NCBI GenBank assembly: GCA_021432655.1
Contig: MU271245.1
Location: forward strand, 54,188 to 74,187
DNA: 20,000 nucleotides
Source of the DNA: Atractiella rhizophila
Taxonomy: Eukaryota
Direction of reading: 5' to 3'
The translations under genes were made by a program, and so were the position numbers. The notes beneath the pieces were generated by a model. The model was not told the origin of the DNA and made no database searches. It saw only the letters and a list, made by a program, of their open reading frames with translations. Positions 10,993 through 20,000 of this stretch are shown one piece after another; the first letter of the stretch is position 1, and each line of letters begins with the position of its first letter.

Positions 10993-11996
10993 ATGACGAC
11001 CAATATCATCGTCAATGGAGGGTTCGAAGATTCTTCGACCTCAATCGCACCTTGGGTTGTGACTGGAAACGCCAATGCGTCTGGTTTGTCCCTTTCATCC
11101 TTGCTCAAGCTACGGGTTTGCGTTTGTAGTTGAAGAGCTCATGGAATGCTTTGGGATGAAGGCATTGATATCAATATCTCGCCTTATGAAGGAACCCAAC
11201 ACTACCACTTTGCGTCCAGCACCTTATCCCAAACTGTCTCCTGCACCGTTGGCACATCCTAGTTCGTCCTCTTCTCTTCTTGCTCCGTCACTCCTTTAGA
11301 GGCAAACTGATAGATTGTGAATTGACCAGCGAGCTCACCTTCCACGCAGTAGCGATCGGAAACTCCCGTCCCTCCCTCCTCGCCACATTCGGCACCCTCT
11401 CCTCCACCTACACCATCCCAAACGGAGACGGCCTCACCTGGTCCACCTTCTCCGGTTCCGGCACCTGCCAATCCTCCCCCTCCGACCTTAAACTCGAGAA
11501 CGCGGACCCGACCACGATTCGCATCGATGCCATCTCGCTCACGACTCCCGCTTCCGCCACTTCAGGGTCCTCTTCCTCTGTCCCATCTTCGACTGCAACT
11601 TCAACTTCGACTTCTGGATCGTCTGCAGGAGGAGGAGGTGGTGGTGGGGGAGGGAGCTCGACCCCGGTCGGAGCGATCGTGGGTGGAGTCGTAGGAGGGC
11701 TCGCCATCCTCGTGCTCGCAGCTTTCGGGGCCTGGTACATCCGTCGTCGGTCACGTCGTCCCTCTCCTTCCTCCCGAACAGACGAAGGAGCAGGAGCAGA
11801 GGAGAAGATGCTGGCCTCCGGTGTTGGCGGTTTTCCATCGGAAGAACAGAGGGCGAGCGGGTTGTGGACCGGGACGGGTGCGAGCACGCAGAGCTCGACC
11901 CCGGTTAGTAGGACGGTCGTGCCCGAACTTCAGGGTGAAGATGGGGGTGCGGAGGGTCCGGATACTTATGAACGGTTTGAGAGGAAGAAGTTTTAG
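10993..11996 (+). CDS. Single-pass surface protein: N-terminal galactose-binding/CBM4-9-like beta-sandwich, Ser/Thr/Gly stalk, TM helix, cytosolic tail; 3 exons
   Basis: Exons 10993-11083, 11162-11261 and 11330-11996 give MTTNIIVNGGFEDSSTSIAPWVVTG...LSQTVSCTVGTSYELTFHA...WSTFSGSGTC...IRIDAISLT, then an S/T-rich stalk, poly-G, GAIVGGVVGGLAILVLAAFGAWYI and RRRSRR. Confidence 0.8.
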
Positions 11997-12046
11997 AGGG
12001 TTGTGTGGATGGACACAGATTATCGCGGTTCGCTCTTCAGCTGGTT

Positions 12047-12084
12047 ATGAATCTCGAAATTTTCACTTGAAAATTTCGATTCAT
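12047..12084. repeat. Inverted repeat between convergent genes
   Basis: TCGAAATTTTCA (12054-12065) / CT / TGAAAATTTCGA (12068-12079) is a perfect 12-bp pair, extended by ATGAA/TTCAT across a 2-nt bulge. Confidence 0.85.
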
Positions 12085-12307
12085 TATTCTTGATTGAGGT
12101 TGTTGTTCAAGTAAGCTTGCAATCATTCTTTCCCATGGAAAGGTCAAGGCAGCATATACTGAGTGCGACGGTAAACAAAGGCTGGATGAACAGGATATCA
12201 TATTTTGATGGTCCATGCATAGCAGAAGCAGACGGAGGTATTTACACAGGGAGCGAGGGAGGTGATGGAATCGACGGGAAGCTGGCGAGTTGCTTTTTGA
12301 GCATGAT

Positions 12308-12916
12308 TTATCCTTGTCGCTGCACCCCACCGCACTTTAGCACTTAATTGCATTAAAGAGCGTAGAGACGAACCTGCTTATGTTTTGGATCGGCAGGACA
12401 GATGACGTATAGCCTCCCTACACATACCGAGCCATTTCTCAGCTTCATTCCACGCAAGAAACCAACTTGAAATAATAAAAAAGACGCACCTTTCCTCTTC
12501 ACGAACATACATTTGGGACAAAACAGCTTGACCGCACTCCTAACTTTCATCCCTCTCTCCTGTCCTCCTCCAACTGCGAGACCTCCCAAACCGTCTCCTC
12601 CTCCAATCGCTCCGCCAAGCGAGGAGATAGCGCTACCCGTCCTCGGTCTTGCAGGCTTTGGACGAGCGCAACATGAGCAGTTTGGAGGGTGATGGATGGT
12701 CGAAAACGAGCGATGCGCCACAGCGGACGGTGTGCCGAGAAGAGAGGTTTGGTATATTGGTTTAGGACGGGCCATTGGGGAGGAAATGGGGGGTAAAGAA
12801 CGAGAGAGCGTTCGTGGACGAGTTGGGGTGCCTGCGCGGGATGGGAAAGTGTTTCGAGAACAGTGTAGCAGCCGGAGGAGGGAAGAGCTTGAGCCCATTT
12901 TGGGAAGGTTGGACAT
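12308..12916 (-). CDS. RTC6: Mitochondrial ribosomal protein bL36m (RTC6/MRPL36 family) with long N-terminal presequence; 3 exons
   Basis: RGMKVRSAVKLFCPKCMFVKRKG|RLYVICPADPKHKQ|RQG* is the L36 zinc ribbon. The last coding exon is only 12 nt (12308-12319). The N-terminus is Arg/Ser-rich and acid-poor. Confidence 0.92.
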
Positions 12917-13140
12917 GGTCTTCGGTGGTGGTGAAATGGGTTGACGTCCTAGTTTGCAATTGGGAAAGGGGAAGAGGAAGAGTGGTTGCTCTTGTTTGGC
13001 CCTTGTTTGCCTTCTTGCGCTGATTCGGCAGGTGACTCACATGACTTGCGATTCCGCAGCCCTTTCAGGTCTCCTTTCCCAACGACCACCATCGTCGCTT
13101 CTTGACCCAGTTCTTCAGCAGCAACAAGTACACCATTAAG
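12917..13140. promoter_or_regulatory. Putative bidirectional promoter bL36m / ATG8
   Basis: 224 bp between divergent ATGs; TGACGT near 12942, TGACTCA at 13033-13039 overlapping TCACATGA at 13037-13044. Confidence 0.6.
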
Positions 13141-14053
<913 letters not shown>

Positions 14054-15935
14054 AGTACCTTGCAGGAGGGATGATCGAATAGGATGAGGAATGCTGGTGT
14101 GTGGGATGGATCGATGCGACGTTTCTTTTGTTCTCGTTTCTTTGTGAGAGTGTGTTATGTTCTTTCAATTTCTCAACAGTCAAGACAGATAGTGCTGGAT
14201 TGACAATGTATTTTTCTCCAATATTTCAGACTGTGCCTTCTGCTTTCAAAAGGTGCGACCTGTGAATGTGATTCCCGGCAAGTTAAGAACATCTTCCTCC
14301 ATGCTATTGATGAAGTCAACCTACACCAATGACCACAGTCGCAAACTTGAAAGCTTGGACACTACGAACACATTTCAGAGCTTATACGCGCATGGTTGCA
14401 ACAACTTCTTCTCCAGTCCATTGAACGTCGTTCAGGACCTCATGGAACATCATCAGGGTGGATCAATGAGTGCAGGGGATTCAAGATGAGATGCAGCTGG
14501 GGCTGGTCTAAGGAGAAAACCTTAATTTCATGTTGTCGCGGATCTTAATCAGTGGTGAGTCGAATTTGTCCAAATACTTTAGAATTCCGTAATAACTGCT
14601 AAGGTTTGATATCTTCTTTGACCAAGACTGTTGCTGAGTAGGATCTAGTATCGCACGTATTGTGATGCTGGCTGTGTGAGTCTGCATCAATGCGGATGTA
14701 TAATGCAGAGAACACAACGAAGCGGAGCCAAAATCAGAAGCAAAGGCGCCACTCTGTACTAGTAAAATGTGTATAAACACTTTTTTCTTTTTAGACGTTA
14801 TGTTAACATTGGGAATATCATAATTTTGCGGTTTGAAACGTGGAGTTGATGTACTTTGCGAGAGGTGTTATGCTGCGTACGGCTACATGATTAGTGGTAC
14901 TCAGAAAACGATGAAAAACGATGCAATGCGAAAAGAGGAGAATGGAAAGAGGCAGCCGAGGCGGTTGCTACGTGGTGCAGTGCAAAAAAAGAAACCGAGT
15001 GTGAATAACGTGCAATGTGGCCAGTGACTAGTGATTGTTCATGAGAAGGTCAAAACATTCAAAGGTAGGAAAGAAGAAAGGAAGTCTGAATTAAAAGGCT
15101 TTGAATAAATGATTTGCGAAATGTTTCTTGTCGAATTCCATTGGGGACTGCGTTATCTCGAAAATTTGTGTTAAATAGCCTACCCCGAGAATCAAGGTCG
15201 GTCGTGCCACGATAAGACGGAAAAGTGCACACTTCACGGCTGATCCAATCTGAGTGCACAGAGAGTGATAAAGTTACTTGATATGCCTGGGATGTGAGGA
15301 TGCTAGATAAACCGACAGTTTAGCTTGCACGTCTACTATGTTAGCTGTGCACTTGCCTAATGATGGCCGACGATGGTTGCCCGTTGAAAGAAGCAAGAGA
15401 TAGCGAACTTATTCTACAGTTGATGCAGGCGTTATGCCAAGACAGCAAGTCTACATAACAGATGCAAAGCAGTGCGAATGATGCAGCTTGGAACAACCCA
15501 CAGACTTTTATAGCTGGGTTTGAAGCACAGCGAACTTGGCATCGGGATCAGTCTGCGACTATGAAGCTCTTGTTTTCTAACGACGACAAGTGCTCAGAGA
15601 TCGATGGCCTTATCCTAGATCCATGGCTCTTGGGAGCTTCAGATGAACTCCCAGAATAAGTTTGTATTGCGTGCTAGTGGAGAGAACGTCTCGAGAAGCA
15701 GGAGAAAAGTCGGCAGAAGCAAATAGGGAATTGGTTCCCACTCAGCCACTTCGGTTTTAAGGGCCATTCTTAGAGCATGCGAATCTTGGCGGGTCTGTGC
15801 TGCGTTACGCATTGGAGTTTTGCAAGAAACTGGTATTGCAACAGATAAAAGCACATACTTATCTCCCTGCAGTGATGGCCAACCTTGATGAATTCATGAT
15901 CCATCCTTTTGCCCAATTTTGAGTGGACCAATGTC

Positions 15936-17250
15936 TCAAATGCCCCTGCCTCCTGTAACCTCCAAGGTGTGACCAGAAATATAGCTGGCCATAGGGCTCG
16001 CAAGGAACAGCATAGCTTTATATATGTCAGTCAAATATGAAAATTGATGGAGAAAACTCACCAGCAGCGGCCTCATCAGCACTTCCTGGGCGTCCAAGTG
16101 GGATGTCGGGAATGCGCTCGTTGGAGCTCTTCGCCTTTCCTCCAGCTATCGAAGTATCAAAGGATCAGGGATGACGGTGACACAGTCAGACCAAATAGAG
16201 GACGCACCAGAGGGAATTCCAAGTGCAATGGTTTGTCCGCCAACGACAATGGCTTCTCCAAGCTCTTTCGCTTGTGTGAGACGGGTCTCGATGTATCCGT
16301 ACGCAACAGTGTTACACCTCACTAAAGGCGATAGAAATTAAATGTCATAATATCTGAATGAGCACAAGCCTACCCCCAAATGGTCCCCATTCTGCAAGCT
16401 CAGTCAGCACGAGGCTTGCGACATACGAAACGAGCGCGTACCCTTGCAAATAGTCTTAGTCATTCCAACAACTCCTGCCTTAGCGATGGCGTAATTGATC
16501 TGTCCGGTGTTGCCGTGAAGACCAGAGACGCTGGAGACATTAATAATTGAGCGATTCTCCTTGGGACCATCACCCTTCACTCGGAAGTAAGGAGCGGCTT
16601 CCCGAACGATTCTGAATGGTGCAGTGTTGTGAACTTTGAGGATGAGGTCGAAAGTCTGATCATTCATGGTGTGAATCATCTTGTCCGCCGTGAAACCAGC
16701 CTGCTCTACTTGTTAGACGCAACGAGACATCTTGAAGGAAGTGAAGTGTACGCACATTGTTGACAATGTGGTTAATCTTTCCATAAGCCCTGTAGTTGCT
16801 TGAGAATGGGACAAGATGCAAAAGCTAGAGACCCCACTTGATAGTGGCTCCAATGAGTTTCTTAGGAAAATCATCAGCAGTCACATCCCCGCCGACAGCG
16901 ATGGCATCCCCTCCAGCTTTCTTGATCTCCTCAACAACAAGAGCGGCTTTTTCTGCATAAATGAAGTGAGTGCGACTCCCCTTTCCTTTACGGCTTAACG
17001 CACTCTCGTCCAAGTCCGATACGACTACTTTGGCTCCCTCTGTTCGGATATCAACAATGTTCTTGAAGAACAACAGAACAAACAAAACACCCGCGAACAA
17101 CAGGACCGCTGAACAACCAACAACTCCAGCAGCACCACCGACAAAAAACATGAGGAAGAACAACACCAGAAGAAGAAGAAGAAGGCCGTACCACCAATGA
17201 TAACGACCAACTCGTGACAACAAGCAGCGTGGCCAACAAGCAAATAAAAA
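15936..17250 (-). CDS. FabG/3-oxoacyl-reductase-like SDR, at least 8 exons; 5' end not cleanly readable
   Basis: Spliced EGAKVVVSDLD...GGDVTADDFP...IVNNAGFTADKMIHTM...NVSSVSGLHGNTGQINYAIAKAGVVGMTKTICKEWGPFGVRCNTVAYGYIETRLT...IPLGRPGSADEAAAAMLFLASPMASYISGHTLEVTGGRGI* with NNAG and YxxxK. Upstream of about 17042 only a distorted Rossmann segment is visible, so the start coordinate is approximate. Confidence 0.88.
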
Positions 17251-17697
17251 AAAAACCACCCCACCAACAAGAACCCCCCCACAATACTGCGAAAAAAGGG
17301 AGGAGATGAGATGAGCTCCTCCAGCAGCAACCAGTGAAGAAAAAAGGGAAGAAGAGAGAAGAGGTCGTCAAGGAGGAGGGGGTTGTTTTGAAGCTTCTGT
17401 CTCGCCGGAAGTAGCCGGTGTCAAATCCGTTTAGGCAGCGTGCTTTCCGAATCCCGGTCAAAGAAGTATCAGGGAGAAAGTGAACGAGATGCTGAGTATG
17501 TATTACCCAGATTATATTAGTACCAAATGTCTGGAAGTAGTCGCGGAGGCGAGCAGGCAAGCAGGTGTTTATATCTATCAATCCCTCGGTGTTTTGCGTT
17601 TTGCAAGAGAAAACGCCGGAGCTGCTAGGACATTCTTGCTGAAGAGGATCTCGAATCTCGAATATTTCAACAAGAACCGAGCCTTGGGATCAGAATT

Positions 17698-18549
17698 TTA
17701 ATTACAGCATGTGTAAGGCATTATCATGAGCGCCAACTTGCGAAAGCTTTCGTCGTCCCAAAGGTCGAGAAGCGCTTGATACTTTTCCTCCGAAGCAATC
17801 CGTATCCACATCAAGAGCGCGCCATCGTAAAGATCGAGAGCAGTGGCTATGTCAAGCATTGAGGATCTCTTGCGTACAGCGAGAGCTACCTTACGTTCAA
17901 GGTCCGTCGCAGTACGGGCCGCCATACGTTTTCGCACATCTATCCATCCCTTCCGTAAATTCTCAAAGATCGCCTCCTGCCCTCCGGCATTGGACAGCAT
18001 TTCCTCGAGCTTACAACAGAACTGAGCTTCTCGGCTTCTCCGAAAGTACTCACGCCCGCGATCATCGAGATTTCTCCACGCGTCGTACAGGATCCAGTTC
18101 CTGAGATGAGGGACGATGAGTTTTGAGCGGTACGGCGCGTACTCTTCCAATTCATCGAAGCGCCTGACATCTCTGAAGATGGGAGGTGGGAAAGCGGCAT
18201 GAAGATACTTTGCGATCTCTAAAGAACTTATCAATGCAAGCGGGGGATTTAAATCTAGTCTTTCAATGATTGGGACTGTATGGCCTGGTGGCTTCATCCC
18301 TTGACGCGAGAACAGACGGATGGATTCAGACTGGATATCAGGATACGAAAGGTAGATGGTTTCGTGGGGTATCCCTCGAAAATTGAGCCAGAGCCTGTGC
18401 ACCCATATCAGAGATCCCTCAATCTGGAATCTGGTAAACAAAAATTGCCTGGTTTTCCATGCATTTGGAGACCACGTTTGCCGTCGCAAACGACTAGCAA
18501 GATCGTAGAAACGGATAATGGGATATGTTGGAGGGACATTGATGGTCAT
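17698..18549 (-). CDS. Glutathione S-transferase-like protein (fungal GST_N_3 type); 3 exons
   Basis: FYDLAS...WSPNAWKTR|LWLNFRGIPHETIYLSYPDI...HTVPII...SSLEIAKYL...REYFRRSREAQF...EPTALDLY. Two in-frame introns (18395-18448, 17847-17894) are read through in the 301-aa ORF. The first ATG is at 18549; the ORF track starts at a TTG. Confidence 0.88.
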   Translation of the reverse strand: MTINVPPTYPIIRFYDLASRLRRQTWSPNAWKTRQFLFTRFQIEGSLIWVHRLWLNFRGIPHETIYLSYPDIQSESIRLFSRQGMKPPGHTVPIIERLDLNPPLALISSLEIAKYLHAAFPPPIFRDVRRFDELEEYAPYRSKLIVPHLRNWILYDAWRNLDDRGREYFRRSREAQFCCKLEEMLSNAGGQEAIFENLRKGWIDVRKRMAARTATDLERKVALAVRKRSSMLDIATALDLYDGALLMWIRIASEEKYQALLDLWDDESFRKLALMIMPYTCCN

Positions 18550-20000
18550 TATCTCAACTCGGATCAGCGATCTCTTTGACGCTTTTGCAATATTTCTATT
18601 CAAGTATCAAAGGTCTACACGGGAGGCTTTGAAGGTGAAGCTACGACTTCAACCGCACCTCTGACTCTTTGGTTGGATAGAGAATGCGGTGGGCATGTGA
18701 ACAGCGGCAGGCTTCGGGGCAACTCCGCCTTCTTGCACTCATGAGTTGCGAGAGTGCAACGACCGAGCAGTTTCATTCTCCTCCATTCAGGAGAAATCCT
18801 TTTCAGCTCAAAAGCCCTCTAATTGGACTGCTCTCTTCATAACTCCTCCTCATCGAAACAATCCTTCCGCAATTTTCCAGAAAATAGATCCAGTTTTGTG
18901 GAAGGACGCGTATGGGCCAGAGCAAGGTCTAAATTTATGGTCCATGGAGGGGCTTGAAGAAACACTCAAAGATTTTATATGGCAATGATGGAAGCTTCGG
19001 AGCGGTGATTGTGAGGATAACGCAATGGATGGATATTGAAGCTTGGAAGAACGAGGGAAGCCGTTAGGTTCAAGAAAGCGAGAACATAATTCGTGAGCCC
19101 TTTCATAGCAAGTGAGGACGGAACCGTGAGAGGGTGAATTTCGTGAGAAAGCTTGTTGATCCTTTCCTTTCTGGAAAAGTCGTCTCTGATCCTACATTCC
19201 ATCAAATATTCCGCACTGCAGTGCCATGCGCTGGCTTCAGGATATATGCACCTTTCGCCTCAGATCTCAATAGTCTTTTCGCAGCGGTCCTGCCTCCCTT
19301 CCCAATCAAATCTTGTTATGGTTCGCATTAGTTCTTGAATTGTATCCGTCTCTTGTGATTTTATGCCTATTCAATGTTTGAACGCCTGCTTCCGACTGTG
19401 GGACTAGTACCTTGCGCGGAGGAGCGAACGAAAAGAGCTGCCATGGCGCGACGGAGCGATCCTTAGTGAGACTCCTTACATGTTGGTATGGTGGCTCCAC
19501 AACGCTTCTACCCATTGTTTCCTGTTCTATATCCATGGGGAACGAAAATGATGGGAAATTATACACAGCTCTCAAGCTCTCCGAATGATCAGGAAGTTAT
19601 CCTGCAATATGAGGTTCCCAGAACTTTTATCTTTTCCTCTTCATTGGTGAGTTGCGTTTCGCAAGTTTCCGACAGTCGCATTTCTGTGTCCTCCAAACGC
19701 CTCGGATTCCCTTTCCCTGGTCGAATTGTGCCATGTCAGTGCCTTGACGATGTCACCATGACGGCCGAAAGTCGTGATCCAATTGCAAAACAGTGTTGCG
19801 GGGAAAGAGCCGAATGCATCCCTTTCCCTGTTTCAAAGTGGTTTTCCATTGTTGTAACAGTGTTTTTGTATTGCGCAACCAATGTTCGCTTGTTCACAAG
19901 AGTTCGCATCTTCCGTCTGCCAGGGTCATTAGGCACCCCACAGACTTCACAAGTCTGGCTCAAAGAGGTTACTGTTACCGACCAAAATCTGAGAAAGAAA

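Noticed and set aside
8207..11887. Numerous antisense ORFs over EMP65, the SDR and the surface-protein gene
   Set aside because: Shadow frames of biased-codon coding sequence with no independent motifs.
17065..17284. Diversity-generating retroelement variable region
   Set aside because: No reverse transcriptase and no template-repeat copy in the window, and the context is eukaryotic.
16825..17581. Hydrophobic ORFs (144, 101 and 176 aa) suggesting a membrane-anchored SDR
   Set aside because: The hydrophobicity and open frames follow from the G/T-only composition of the suspect tract, since stop codons need A.
18620..20000. Short ORFs on both strands, splice-like signals and a small hairpin (ttgcactc/gagtgcaa, 18733-18759)
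   Set aside because: Trial splicing gave no consistent frame or known motif; the CEVC in 19736-19963 is not enough for a zinc-finger call and an 8-bp stem can occur by chance.

Overview
Gene-dense, intron-rich fungal genomic DNA. Introns are mostly 45-100 nt with CTRAY-like branch points; the style looks basidiomycete-like, but the species cannot be named from sequence. There is one 364-nt assembly gap. Manual splicing supports ten genes: a stand-alone ACAD10/11-type APH kinase ending in PTS1 (-AKL), a FucP-type MFS permease, SPC1 head-to-head with EMP65/TAPT1, an SDR with a hidden tail-anchor exon, a CBM-like/Ser-Thr/TM surface protein, mitoribosomal bL36m head-to-head with ATG8, a FabG-like SDR with a garbled 5' end, and a GST_N-type protein. 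I found no mobile element, CRISPR or RNA gene that I can support, and no clearly new multi-gene system. The most notable signals are: (1) relaxed splice sites, with about 13 AAG/GAG acceptors and 3 GC donors among about 48 hand-traced introns; (2) a long ATG8 intron whose ends base-pair; (3) a roughly 220-nt adenine-depleted tract where the FabG-like gene's Rossmann exon should be, more likely an artefact than biology. All exon boundaries and counts are by eye.
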